From a virus, in UHGV virus genome UHGV-0163196: 42,561 nt of DNA. The stretch is one strand, 5' to 3'. The position numbers were made by a program, and so were the translations under genes. The notes under the pieces are model-generated. The model worked only from the letters and a program-made list of their open reading frames with translations. It searched no databases and had not been told where the DNA came from. Below are positions 1 to 9,417 of the stretch, in pieces (position 1 is the stretch's first letter; every line of letters starts with the position of its first letter).

Positions 1-485
1 GAGTAGAACCCTGCTTCTTTACAGGTATCACCAATTATCGCGTTGGTTAATCCAAGGTATGTGAGAATGTCAGCAATAGTATTTTTCCCAATAATGTCAC
101 GGCCAACAGAAGTTAAATCAGTCTGCGCTGCTGTATCATTTCCAGTGAAATATGGGAGTTTATTTGCACCTGTTGCGAGCCCAGCTAATGCCGACAGCGT
201 GGCATCAAGCGCCTGGAAATCTTTCCCGAAAGCGGTCCCCATTTTGGATATAAACCCGTTCATGTCTCCATCATCAAGCACATCCAGCCTGCTTTTGTTG
301 GCGGTGTACTGCGCCAACGCTGCCGCGATAAAGCTGGCTTGCCGAATAGCTTTGTTGACCTGTGCGCTGGATGCTTTACCTGCCGTAAACCCTGAAAGCA
401 GAGCCGGAAGTGCTTCCCAGTCAGCTTGTGAGGTGACGTTAGCGTTCGGATCAAGCGCGAAAGGTTTAAAGTTGTTTATTGCCAT
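1..485 (-). CDS. Tail fiber protein, N-terminal part (gene runs off the window start)
   Basis: Minus-strand ATG at 483-485 overlaps the stop of the upstream baseplate gene (TAATG). Hand translation begins MAINNFKPFALDPNANVTSQADWEALPALLSGF, which resembles phage tail fiber N-termini. Not in the ORF track because no stop lies inside the window. Confidence 0.45.
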   Translation of the reverse strand, partial: MAINNFKPFALDPNANVTSQADWEALPALLSGFTAGKASSAQVNKAIRQASFIAAALAQYTANKSRLDVLDDGDMNGFISKMGTAFGKDFQALDATLSALAGLATGANKLPYFTGNDTAAQTDLTSVGRDIIGKNTIADILTYLGLTNAIIGDTCKEAGFY

Positions 486-1165
486 TAGAGTATTGTCCCC
501 CATGCTCCAACATCGAACCCGCCGATGTATTCGTTATCCATATCAAACCCAAAGAATTTAGAGCCCTCGGATGGTGCTTCTACCGAAGGCGTTTCAACAT
601 CACCGGCCCATACGCCAGCTGCTTTAACGGTGAGATAGCCCTGTTTGATAGCGGCAATCAGTTCAAGAGACACATCAGAAATATCAGTCTCGGGGAATAC
701 CCAAACCGATATCGTCATGTCCTGGTTGTCGACAATTTGCATCCTCAGGCCTGAGCCTTCAGTCGCAGCGTCAAGGATGGGAGGCAGAGAGTCGTTACGA
801 CCGTCCCAGTTGTTGATAGCGATTTTCGCTTTCAGAATGATGCGGTACGTCTCATCGCTTAGCGTCGTATAGCCAGAATCAGGATCATATGGCCCTTGCC
901 AGATGCCCTGGTCATACCCAAGCCCGTCAGTGTCCCAGCTGAAATAAACTCCGCTAATTGGCTGGCTGACTATGCGACTGCGTCCGATCCACAGACCGAG
1001 GATGTCGAGCTGTACACCGACAGCAGTATCAATATCGAAGGCTGTTATAAGCCCTGACATAGTGCTGGACACATCAATCAGCGGGCGGGTGCTCAGATCT
1101 ATATGGTCAAAAAAGAGTGGCTTGGTAGCGTGGTAGTTAGTGATCAGTTCGGTGTATTTGCTCAT
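485..1165 (-). CDS. Baseplate protein (P2 gpI / Mu gp48-like)
   Basis: 226 aa ORF, tightly coupled to the flanking baseplate genes on the same strand; position after the J-like gene matches the P2/Mu baseplate order. Confidence 0.5.
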   Translation of the reverse strand: MSKYTELITNYHATKPLFFDHIDLSTRPLIDVSSTMSGLITAFDIDTAVGVQLDILGLWIGRSRIVSQPISGVYFSWDTDGLGYDQGIWQGPYDPDSGYTTLSDETYRIILKAKIAINNWDGRNDSLPPILDAATEGSGLRMQIVDNQDMTISVWVFPETDISDVSLELIAAIKQGYLTVKAAGVWAGDVETPSVEAPSEGSKFFGFDMDNEYIGGFDVGAWGTIL

Positions 1166-2361
1166 GAGGTCACCGTGATACTGATATTCGCGGTGCTACA
1201 GGACGCAGAAGCATCATAGGCAATATCAATGTTTGATGCCGATACGCTGCCAGACGACTTACCGATCAGCAGGTCGGTAATATCGTAATAGCGGGCATTC
1301 CCGCCGCTCACAACGCCGAGGTTTGCCGGGGAATAAATACGGCTCAGCAGAACGTCGTCGCCAATTGTTAGGCCATTTATATAATCGGCAACAGCCTGTT
1401 TAATCTGCTCGCCGATTTGAGAGGTATAGCCGGTAAAAACTTTCAGGGTAATGGCTACGAAAATTGGCACATCGGTAGAGCGCGAAAAACTGATGACGTG
1501 TGGATTACCGTAAGTATCCGGCACCGTGACAGAAGTTTTACCGTAAGTTGCGGTTCCCTGCCCTTTACTCCCCCGGATTGTTTGGGCTATCTCGGTAACA
1601 TCCCCTCCATCGACGATGGCGGAAATAGAGTGTGGCGGCAGCCCGTTGCTGTCGGTTGCCCCAGTGTCGTTCTCATATAGTTTGTGACGTGTCACGCCAG
1701 CAACATTAGCGATAGCACCGTCGACACCTTCAAACGGTGTGATCGATGGTAGCGCGACGCTTTGCCCCTGCCGAATGCGCAGCTCTGCGTCGGTTTCGGC
1801 TGGTGAACCGACAGTAGCCGCAACTGGATTGGTTACCGACACCCAACCTCGGGTCGGGGTGTTGATAGTGGTAATAGTCCCGGCCAGCGCCGCAACCGAA
1901 CCGCTATTCGCACATGTGGCCGTCACCAGCACAGTACCATCAACGCCGATCGCTACACTTGCGGGAAAATTCCAGATAATGCCGTTTTTATCCCGTGCGG
2001 AGCCATTCGTGATAGTCGTGCCTGCCGTACCGGTTAACAGAAGGTCAGCAGTAGAGTTTGTCGCTACTTTTCGCGTGATCCCGTTAATTTTCACATTGTT
2101 GCTAAGCGCTGCGGCCTGCGCTGTCGTCGGTGAAAACGAGTTGTAGATCTCGATAGCAGTATTGTTCGCGTCATGCACGGCAAGAGCCACCAGCGCGACC
2201 ATCTGCCCGTCTTTGCTGTCTGGTTCGAGGTAGGCATCACTACCGTAAATCTGCCTGAAATAGCTGGTCAGTGTATCAAGGATTGTCTGGTAATCAGGCG
2301 CACTAATCCCCTGGGCGGTTACCGTTGCCGATAGCCCCAGCGTGTCGAGGTTCAAAGCCAT
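1162..2361 (-). CDS. Baseplate J-like protein (P2 gpJ / Mu gp47 family)
   Basis: 399 aa ORF with overall resemblance to Baseplate_J family proteins; sits between the gpW-like and gpI-like genes. Confidence 0.65.
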   Translation of the reverse strand: MALNLDTLGLSATVTAQGISAPDYQTILDTLTSYFRQIYGSDAYLEPDSKDGQMVALVALAVHDANNTAIEIYNSFSPTTAQAAALSNNVKINGITRKVATNSTADLLLTGTAGTTITNGSARDKNGIIWNFPASVAIGVDGTVLVTATCANSGSVAALAGTITTINTPTRGWVSVTNPVAATVGSPAETDAELRIRQGQSVALPSITPFEGVDGAIANVAGVTRHKLYENDTGATDSNGLPPHSISAIVDGGDVTEIAQTIRGSKGQGTATYGKTSVTVPDTYGNPHVISFSRSTDVPIFVAITLKVFTGYTSQIGEQIKQAVADYINGLTIGDDVLLSRIYSPANLGVVSGGNARYYDITDLLIGKSSGSVSASNIDIAYDASASCSTANISITVTS

Positions 2362-2715
2362 TTATGCCTCGCTTGTTACAGTCGTCTGGCCGTAGATTGT
2401 GTCAATGGAGGAAGTGAAGGTGACGCGACGGCTGGTGCCGTCATAATTGGTATCGAAGGAAAGAATCGACAGAACGCCCGGTGTATCCTGTATGCGTTCG
2501 CGTATAGCCAGGATGTAGACATCTGATCGCTGCTTCCCAAGCACTGACTGAACATACGGCGTGCCTTCCGTCAGATCGAGAAACCACTGACCGCGCCACA
2601 GCTCGAAACGGGTTTTTACGGCCTGGGCGACACACTCCGGGCTGTCGATAAGGAAGGTGTCGTCACCCTGCCCGAAAGTGTAATCGCCGTCAGCATCTTC
2701 TCGTCGGTATCGCAT
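2362..2715 (-). CDS. Small baseplate wedge protein (gpW/gp25-like)
   Basis: 117 aa ORF between the spike and J-like genes; size and position fit gpW/gp25-like proteins. Confidence 0.45.
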   Translation of the reverse strand: MRYRREDADGDYTFGQGDDTFLIDSPECVAQAVKTRFELWRGQWFLDLTEGTPYVQSVLGKQRSDVYILAIRERIQDTPGVLSILSFDTNYDGTSRRVTFTSSIDTIYGQTTVTSEA

Positions 2716-3452
2716 CAGTTTACCCCACCAGAATTGCCGCTACCCGTCTGAACGCCTTTGTGGGTGTGCGTGTCATCAATAGATTTACCGTTAGATTTAA
2801 GCGTCCCAAAGAATTCAATCGCACCAGTAATTTTCGCCGCTGTTCCGCTGGCAAGACTGCCGACCATCCCCCCCATCCAGGTGAGTAGACCGGTAATCGT
2901 TACCTTCGCTGAGAATGTCGATTCAGGCGCGATAACATCCAGGCCGCCTGGCGCTACAATTTTAATTTTCTGCGTGGTGGGGTTGAGCTCAAAATACGTG
3001 CTCCCATCGTCGCTGCGCAGCTGCGTTGCTCCGGTACTGATTCCACCGATTTTTTGTGCTTGCGACTGCGGGCCAACGATGGCGAACGCATCCGATAAAT
3101 CATGCTGACGCGGGTCGACGGTCTCCTGAACGCCGCCGCTCTGCCACCAGAAATCGATGCAACGGTCGGCAAAGATCAGCAGGCACTCGTCGCCTTCTTT
3201 AACCGGAAAGGTCAGTGTGCAACCGCCACCGCGCGGGAAGATAACCGGCACATCCACCAGCGGTTTTAATTCGGTGGAGCCGTCGCCAACAATACCGCGT
3301 AGCGCCACCTCTACTGTGCAGGTAACAGTCTCAGGATCGAACGACTGAATGATGCCGGGCATCGCTACGCGCATCTGGGTCGACACCGAATCGGCAATGG
3401 CCTGCGCGGTCTGCTGCTCACCGCCGATCTGTGATTGAGTTGGAATTGGCAT
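2715..3452 (-). CDS. Baseplate spike/assembly protein V-like
   Basis: 245 aa; contains RQHDLSDAFAIVG and a C-terminal HTHKG...G-rich tip typical of gpV/gp5-like spikes. Confidence 0.6.
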   Translation of the reverse strand: MPIPTQSQIGGEQQTAQAIADSVSTQMRVAMPGIIQSFDPETVTCTVEVALRGIVGDGSTELKPLVDVPVIFPRGGGCTLTFPVKEGDECLLIFADRCIDFWWQSGGVQETVDPRQHDLSDAFAIVGPQSQAQKIGGISTGATQLRSDDGSTYFELNPTTQKIKIVAPGGLDVIAPESTFSAKVTITGLLTWMGGMVGSLASGTAAKITGAIEFFGTLKSNGKSIDDTHTHKGVQTGSGNSGGVN

Positions 3453-3462
3453 AAAAACCCCA

Positions 3463-3488
3463 TAAAAAAACCCGCTCGGCGGCGGGTT
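3463..3488 (-). terminator. Putative intrinsic terminator downstream of doc
   Basis: GC stem cccgc/gcggg at 3471-3486 with a run of A on the plus strand at 3463-3470, giving a U-run on the minus-strand transcript just after the doc stop. Confidence 0.4.
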
Positions 3489-3510
3489 GTGTACAATTTA
3501 CTTTTTGCTA

Positions 3511-3918
3511 TCAGTAGCCAGTTATCGTATCTGCCAGCAGCTCATTCTTATAATCTGACAAAAGTTTAAGCGCCAAAGCAGTGTTATCGCAGTCGGCCTC
3601 TCCCGTAGCAGCAAAGATGGTCAGCTTGACTAACTCCATTGAGGTATTCAGTTCATAGCCATTCAAAAGCAAAAACACGCTGGCGGCCTGGAAAGCCGTT
3701 CGCTTATTGGCGTCATTAAAAGCGTGAGACTTCGCTATCGCAACCATGTACATAGCTGCAAATTTAAATAAATCCTCACATCCTTCATACATGCGTAAGT
3801 TATCGACGCGATTGAGGGCACCTTCGAGTTTTCCCCGGTCTGGTTGTCCGCTATTTGGCAATGTGCTCTTCTGAATAGCGATGACCTCATCTACCGAAAG
3901 GAATGTAATCTCAGTCAT
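3511..3918 (-). CDS. doc: Doc (death-on-curing) family toxin
   Basis: 135 aa; Fic/Doc-like sequence (…AAMYMVAIAKSHAFNDANKRTAFQAASVFLLLNGYEL…); start overlaps the stop of the upstream antitoxin gene. Confidence 0.8.
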   Translation of the reverse strand: MTEITFLSVDEVIAIQKSTLPNSGQPDRGKLEGALNRVDNLRMYEGCEDLFKFAAMYMVAIAKSHAFNDANKRTAFQAASVFLLLNGYELNTSMELVKLTIFAATGEADCDNTALALKLLSDYKNELLADTITGY

Positions 3919-4331
3919 TACTTATCTTCCAGTTTTTTTATGATGTCCGCATGCTTGGTCTGAGTATGTTGCAGAGCTTTGATAAATGACTCAGACACGC
4001 CCTGCAAAGCAACTGCTGCATTAGTGGCCTTCATCATAGTCTGGCGAGCCTCATCAGACTGAAGAAGGGCATCCAATTGCTTAGTAAGCTTCATGACACC
4101 CTCCGTTATCTGTGGTGACAAATTCGATGCAATTAATTGCGCAAGATGCGTGTCTATTGTTTTCGCAGATGTTTTTACCTCATCTGCGGAAGCAATTTCA
4201 TCAACTGATTTTGCACTGATGACAAGGTCGGGCTTTCCGCGCTGCGTAACTGTGACGCTTTCACCAGAGCGTAAACAGTCCAGCGTTGCAGATAAATCCG
4301 ATCGCATTTGCGTGTAAGTAATGATTTTCAT
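3918..4331 (-). CDS. phd: Phd/YefM family antitoxin with C-terminal extension
   Basis: Probable start MKIITYTQMRSDLSATLD at 4331; the N-terminal ~75 aa look Phd-like, followed by a ~60 aa extension; sits immediately upstream of doc. Confidence 0.7.
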   Translation of the reverse strand: MKIITYTQMRSDLSATLDCLRSGESVTVTQRGKPDLVISAKSVDEIASADEVKTSAKTIDTHLAQLIASNLSPQITEGVMKLTKQLDALLQSDEARQTMMKATNAAVALQGVSESFIKALQHTQTKHADIIKKLEDK

Positions 4332-4341
4332 GGCACCCTCT

Positions 4342-4386
4342 CTGTACATGTACAGATTAGTGCATAATAAAAACGCGAGATCAACG
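4342..4386 (-). promoter_or_regulatory. Putative phd-doc promoter with palindromic operator
   Basis: Perfect 14-bp palindrome CTGTACATGTACAG at 4342-4355 directly upstream of the phd start; -10-like CATAAT (minus strand) at 4363-4368 and TTGATC at 4381-4386. Confidence 0.4.
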
Positions 4387-4413
4387 ATTATTGATGTTTA
4401 AGGATGCGGATCA

Positions 4414-4758
4414 TCATTTCACCTTCACGCAGTCGTATGTTGCATACTGACGCGGCGCGTTCATGCTGGCTTGCAACCACTGTGCGTTGAGAATGGCTTT
4501 GCCGTTTCGATTGATGTACTCAAGACCAACCCATCTTCCAGGCTGATCGGTAGCCATACGCCAATCCATCTTGATATTGTTATAATCGCCTTTGTTTTTC
4601 AGGAAGGTGATTTTTTGCATTTCTGGCTTTGCGCCATTGATTCTGGCTAAGCCATCATCTGCCCAATGGATTTTAAAATCACCACATTGCTGATCCGCAA
4701 AAGCGGGTGCTGATATAAGCACCGCGAACACGGTAACAGTGCAAAGTAAATGTCTCAC
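4414..4758 (-). CDS. Secreted/periplasmic protein of unknown function (moron)
   Basis: 114 aa ORF with GTG start preceded by GAGGTGGGG; N-terminus MRHLLCTVTVFAVLISAPAFA-DQQ looks like a Sec signal peptide; inserted between baseplate genes. Confidence 0.5.
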   Translation of the reverse strand: MRHLLCTVTVFAVLISAPAFADQQCGDFKIHWADDGLARINGAKPEMQKITFLKNKGDYNNIKMDWRMATDQPGRWVGLEYINRNGKAILNAQWLQASMNAPRQYATYDCVKVK

Positions 4759-4770
4759 GGCCCCACCTCA

Positions 4771-5865
4771 CTAATTCGTCGTCCCTTGCATTGCTTTCGG
4801 GCTATAAAGATCACGAGCGCCACGCGCAAAACACATCAAATCCATGTACCACGCCTGACCTCTGGTGTCGCCAGTATAGTCGATAGCTTTGACGATATAA
4901 ACGCCATCTGTCGCAATGCTTGCTGGTTGACTGACAGTGCCGTTAACGACGAGATTACCATTCATGTCGCTCTCTTGCAGCTTTGGTGAGGGTATGATAT
5001 TTCCATTCTCGTCGTATTTGACCGCACGAAGATCTTCATTGTTTAACTGCGTTCGGTACACCGAAGCCTGATCGAGCTGGATAAGACCATTGATGCGAAT
5101 GTTGGGGTTTATCAGGCACCGCACGTTTACGCCGCCGCCCATAGTCTGTTGCGGCATACCGATCAGGCCAGTATCAGCATTCAACACAATGGCTTCGTGA
5201 ATATATTTATCCTCCGGCACCATCTGGACCTGACCATCCACCAGTTGCCATGTCGCTTTGCACTGCGCAGCAATATTATCCATCACGTTGCGGCTGGATG
5301 AGTAAATCGCGCGGCCACGAGGAAACACGGTATCAGGAAAATCGCCGGTAATGCCCTGTGTCACGCCGAACGCGTTGAAATCCTGCATCGTCGCCCGGTG
5401 CAGATCCGCAACGGTATAGCCAGCGGCAAGCGTGGTGATGGTAGTCGCGTAGAGGAACGCTTCGTGGTTACTGATGGCCTGAATCAGCACCCAGGAATCC
5501 GTAATGTTGTCCTTCCCGGTGACGGTGAAGCGAATATCACCGTCAAATATCAGGCCGTAGTTCTGACCGTTCACCTGCCCTACCTGGTCTGGTGAAATCT
5601 CCCGGGCGACACCAACCTGGCTCGCATCAACATCCGGCGCAATACCGTCATACCCGGCAATGATGCGAATTTTTGCAAACTCCTGCCCCAGTATCTTGTT
5701 CGTGGTATCGGTCGAAAGGTTGTAAATTTTCACGTTCGCCACTCGCGGCCAGCGTGTATCTGCCCACTCGATCTGGAACGTGACCTTAAAATCAGACAGG
5801 GAAACGCCCTGCCCGTTCTGGTCCAACAGTTGCAGCTCAAAATGGCGCATCCAGTTAAGAGACAT
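4771..5865 (-). CDS. Baseplate hub / late control D-like protein
   Basis: 364 aa ORF positioned between the tape-measure-proximal genes and the spike gene, as in Mu (gp44) and P2 (gpD). Confidence 0.45.
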   Translation of the reverse strand: MSLNWMRHFELQLLDQNGQGVSLSDFKVTFQIEWADTRWPRVANVKIYNLSTDTTNKILGQEFAKIRIIAGYDGIAPDVDASQVGVAREISPDQVGQVNGQNYGLIFDGDIRFTVTGKDNITDSWVLIQAISNHEAFLYATTITTLAAGYTVADLHRATMQDFNAFGVTQGITGDFPDTVFPRGRAIYSSSRNVMDNIAAQCKATWQLVDGQVQMVPEDKYIHEAIVLNADTGLIGMPQQTMGGGVNVRCLINPNIRINGLIQLDQASVYRTQLNNEDLRAVKYDENGNIIPSPKLQESDMNGNLVVNGTVSQPASIATDGVYIVKAIDYTGDTRGQAWYMDLMCFARGARDLYSPKAMQGTTN

Positions 5866-5867
5866 TT

Positions 5868-6173
5868 CTACTCCTGCACGAAAATGAGGTGGCTGTATGT
5901 GCCGAGGTTGGTTTTGGTGGGCTCGTCCGGTGCGCCTACATCGCAGCCAACGAGCAGCGCCCCGTTAATACCTAGTTGAGGATATTGCTCAAGAAGATTT
6001 ACACCGGTTACCAGCGGCACGCCAGAAAGAAGCGGTTCGCCACTGCTATCTTGTACATCCAGAATCCAGCCAGCAGAATCACGCCAAATGACTCTCAGCG
6101 TGTATGTTGTCTCTGCTAACTGAATGCGAAATAGCTGGTTATCCGGCGATAAAGGGATTTCAGTTACATTCAT
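5868..6173 (-). CDS. Tail/baseplate assembly protein (unknown family)
   Basis: 101 aa ORF, translationally coupled within the tail operon. Confidence 0.35.
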   Translation of the reverse strand: MNVTEIPLSPDNQLFRIQLAETTYTLRVIWRDSAGWILDVQDSSGEPLLSGVPLVTGVNLLEQYPQLGINGALLVGCDVGAPDEPTKTNLGTYSHLIFVQE

Positions 6174-6796
6174 TGGATACCTATAGAGTTACCAAGACTG
6201 GTTCCTTTTAGTCCATCAAACCACCCTGTTGACTTAATTACCGATTCATTTACTGGGGTGGTGGATTTAGTCCCGGAATTCTGCACCGCAGATGTACTAA
6301 CCCCGTCCTGCATATCGGATTTATCAGCAACGGTGACATTTTTTGTATGCGTTATGATGACTTCACGCAGGGTAAGCGTGCAGTTCAGCACGTTCTCGCT
6401 GGTTTTATCGGTCGTCACCTCAATGGCTCGCACCAGCATATTGGTGTACACCCTCTTCCCGGTAACCACATCGAACGGTACGCGCTCAAGCTGCATATCC
6501 AGCAGCTTTTGGTATGTCTCCTTTGGGCTAAGCCCAGCGCTAAGACCGATTGAAGATGTATCAATGAAATCCAGCAACGAACCGCCACCAGCGAAGCCGC
6601 ATTCCATTGTGACTTCACTGGGGCGCTTGTACGCATGATCGGCGATGAAACCCGAGGCACTATTCGTTGTTGGCTTCTCCACCGGGTGCTCAGTAATTTC
6701 GAGCGCATCAGAATGCTTTTCGGAGACGACCACGCTGGGAATTAATATGCCAATTCGCCGGGATTGCTGGCGAAAAATCGCTGATAAAATATCCAT
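6170..6796 (-). CDS. Tail protein (unknown family)
   Basis: 208 aa ORF immediately after the tape measure gene, overlapping its neighbours. Confidence 0.35.
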   Translation of the reverse strand: MDILSAIFRQQSRRIGILIPSVVVSEKHSDALEITEHPVEKPTTNSASGFIADHAYKRPSEVTMECGFAGGGSLLDFIDTSSIGLSAGLSPKETYQKLLDMQLERVPFDVVTGKRVYTNMLVRAIEVTTDKTSENVLNCTLTLREVIITHTKNVTVADKSDMQDGVSTSAVQNSGTKSTTPVNESVIKSTGWFDGLKGTSLGNSIGIQ

Positions 6797-8811
6797 TATC
6801 TCGGTCCTGCGGGGAGTTGCTGGGTTAACTGTGAATTCACGCCCTTTTGACGGTCAACAGTCAAACGGGCAGCTTCGCGAGGATCGGAAACGCCGTGGAT
6901 GTTAATGTTCGTTTCCTGCTGAATCACCGGGGCGCTGGTGGGCATGTTGCTCATTACTTTCGGAATGTAGTTGCGCGTTTCCTGCGGCATTAGCCCCATT
7001 CCATAACGCTTAACATTCCCGATCCCCCAGTTATATGATGCCAGTGCTTTACTAAGGTCTCCGCCGTTCTGCCGCAATAGCTGGCTAAGGTACTTAGCGG
7101 CTGCCTGAGCTGACTTTTCCGGGTCGAACACATCGTTACCACGCAGGCCCATGTCTCGCGCCGTACCATCCATGAACTGGAACAGACCTTTAGCGCCAGC
7201 GCCTGAAACGGCGAACTGATTACCGCCAGATTCCGTTATGGCCACACTGCGCAATAACCCCTCCGGAAGCCGGTAGAGCTGTTCCAGGTTGGTAAGCATC
7301 GGCTGCATCCATCCCAGCAGTTCAGAGCCTGCTTTGGTTGGCTGTGGCCGCTTAACTGACTGGCCGAGCTGTTCAGGCTCATCATCACCGAACCAGCCGC
7401 GCACCGTTCGGCCCACGCTGCGAGGATCGAATCCCCAGTGCTCTTTAATCCAGTCGGCGGTACCGTTGGCGCTATCTGTTACCATCGGCATCGCTGACGG
7501 ATTTTCGCTGCCCTGATTTAGCAGCTGTTTGCCTATACTAGCGGCCTGCGCCCAGTTGCCATCTTTTATGGCATTCAGCAAATCAGCGATCATGTTCAGC
7601 ATCTTGCCGAACTCACCCATTTGCGAAATGAAGTTGCTAAAATCCCACTTTAGGGACCATGACTTGGGGTCAATACCGAGCAACTTAGCCAGCGCTTTTG
7701 TCAGGTCCGTAACAGTCTTTTTCAGGTCACCAATCATTTTGACGGCCTGATCAATTTCAGTCTTCCATTTCCCCCAGTCAATCAGGCTTTTGCCACCTTC
7801 TTTCCACGTCTGGTAATCATCCAAGAGCAGACCAAGTGCAATAATAAGCGTCGTTATCATGCCCAAGGGTGATGACATGAAAGCGGTATTTAGCAGCCGC
7901 CATGCAACCAACAGCCCACTGAACAATGCGATAAGCTGCTGCGTGGCTGGGTTCAGCTTTTTGAACCAGGCGATCACACCCTCAACAGCTTGCCCAGTTC
8001 GCCATAACACGCGGGTAATCGCGTCACCTGCCCAGAGAATTCCTTTGATGATCTTCGTGATGACCGCTTCAATCTTCGGCCAGTTGTCGAGTATCTGCCT
8101 GCGGAAGTTATCAATACTGCCAGCAAGGCCACCAGCTAGGTTAGAGCCAATCTTGTCTTTCGCCTGTCCAAGCGTCATCGTCAGATTACGCATGGAGGTC
8201 ATGAAAATATTGGACTGTTTAGCCGCTGACTCAGCATTAAAACCAATACGCTTTGCCGTCAACGCGTACTCAGAACTGAGCTGCCCCATCCCTCTGCGCA
8301 TCGCCATCAGCGTGTTTTCATCGATGCCAAGCATCTGCGCGTATTGTTTCGCGCGGTAATACGGCATGTTGTTGAGCTTTTGCCCAACGCCAGTAAAGAT
8401 GGCCGCAGTATCACGCATCTTTCCGCTGGCATCGCGGGTCTGTACGCCCAGACGGTTCAGGAACCCTTCCGCCCCCGGATTGCTACGCATGAAACCAGCC
8501 AACCCTTCAAGAGAGGACATGGCCGACTCGGCGCTGGCACCGGTTTGCGATGCGGCATAGCCCAGCGCTTTGATGCCCTGGACGCTGGCCCCCGTCCGCT
8601 GGGATGCCCAGTAAATTTTATCCAGACCATTCGCGATCTGGGTGGTAAATCCGACAATGCTAAGCGCTGAGCCTTTCACCACCGCGCCGACCTTCAGAAC
8701 GTTCGCGGTAACGCCTTTCAGCACGGCTTCAAACTTATTAGCGCCAGCCTGATCGATATCGAATCCCAGCGAAACAAGGAAATCTTTAATCGTATCTGCG
8801 TTACCGCTCAT
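6796..8811 (-). CDS. Tail tape measure protein with C-terminal lytic transglycosylase domain
   Basis: 671 aa; helical N-terminal region with a hydrophobic segment, and a C-terminal SLT-like motif (…ESGGNQFAVSGAGAKGLFQFMDGTARDMGL…YNWG…). Confidence 0.75.
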   Translation of the reverse strand: MSGNADTIKDFLVSLGFDIDQAGANKFEAVLKGVTANVLKVGAVVKGSALSIVGFTTQIANGLDKIYWASQRTGASVQGIKALGYAASQTGASAESAMSSLEGLAGFMRSNPGAEGFLNRLGVQTRDASGKMRDTAAIFTGVGQKLNNMPYYRAKQYAQMLGIDENTLMAMRRGMGQLSSEYALTAKRIGFNAESAAKQSNIFMTSMRNLTMTLGQAKDKIGSNLAGGLAGSIDNFRRQILDNWPKIEAVITKIIKGILWAGDAITRVLWRTGQAVEGVIAWFKKLNPATQQLIALFSGLLVAWRLLNTAFMSSPLGMITTLIIALGLLLDDYQTWKEGGKSLIDWGKWKTEIDQAVKMIGDLKKTVTDLTKALAKLLGIDPKSWSLKWDFSNFISQMGEFGKMLNMIADLLNAIKDGNWAQAASIGKQLLNQGSENPSAMPMVTDSANGTADWIKEHWGFDPRSVGRTVRGWFGDDEPEQLGQSVKRPQPTKAGSELLGWMQPMLTNLEQLYRLPEGLLRSVAITESGGNQFAVSGAGAKGLFQFMDGTARDMGLRGNDVFDPEKSAQAAAKYLSQLLRQNGGDLSKALASYNWGIGNVKRYGMGLMPQETRNYIPKVMSNMPTSAPVIQQETNINIHGVSDPREAARLTVDRQKGVNSQLTQQLPAGPR

Positions 8812-9041
8812 TGGCCGCTCTCCATTTATCTACCCGGGCGTCGTTATCCTCGCGCATGTCGAGGTAGTCATTGAGAAGCGCGATACGGCAGAGGTCTACC
8901 GCACCGCTGTTAAGGTCTTTCTGGTCAATATGGAAGGCAAGCGCCGGACGAAGAATAAAGTCTTCACCGCCCGGCAGGCTGTTGAAGGTTATTCCGCTGG
9001 CGGGGTGGGCGTCTCGCTGGTAGGGAGTCCTTGCAAAAAAT
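8801..9041 (-). CDS. -1 frameshift extension of the tail assembly chaperone (gpGT / E+E' analogue)
   Basis: The -1 frame is open from the slippery run GGGAAATTTTTTG (plus strand 9033-9041) near the chaperone 3' end to a TAA at 8801-8803, overlapping the tape measure start. Confidence 0.45.
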
Positions 9042-9414
9042 TTCCCAGCGAGTCGGCGACCACCCGCGCCACCAGTTGCAGCATGGTAAGCAGGTCGATA
9101 TCGTCAAACGCCATTTCGCCATGCTGGCAGACCGGCACCCAGCCTTTCATGTGCTCGCGTGAAACAACGGAAAGACAGGGGAACAGGATAGCGTCCACGT
9201 CGCCATCACTCAGATCGGACACAGCATTGGCAATCTTTGGCAGGATGGTAGCCATCGCGCCTTCGGTGTCTTTGCTGCTGATCTTCTCCTGAACGCTCCG
9301 GAAGTCCGAAACCATCCCGGCCAGAACCGGCAACAGCTTGCGGGACACCTTCAGCTGTTCGAAAACGCTGAGCTTTGCGGTGCGATATTTCACGCCTTTA
9401 ATTTCGAATTCCAT
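8989..9414 (-). CDS. Tail assembly chaperone
   Basis: 141 aa acidic protein between the tube and tape measure genes, with a downstream -1 frame extension. Confidence 0.5.
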   Translation of the reverse strand: MEFEIKGVKYRTAKLSVFEQLKVSRKLLPVLAGMVSDFRSVQEKISSKDTEGAMATILPKIANAVSDLSDGDVDAILFPCLSVVSREHMKGWVPVCQHGEMAFDDIDLLTMLQLVARVVADSLGNFLQGLPTSETPTPPAE

Positions 9415-9417
9415 GCG

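Noticed and set aside
43-561. 172 aa plus-strand ORF at the window start
   Set aside because: Antisense to the tail fibre and baseplate genes, which fit a coupled minus-strand operon; low-complexity Ala/Ser-rich translation typical of shadow ORFs.
7859-8670. Plus-strand ORFs (166, 108, 64 aa) inside the tape measure gene
   Set aside because: Antisense shadow ORFs within a long, well-supported minus-strand gene.
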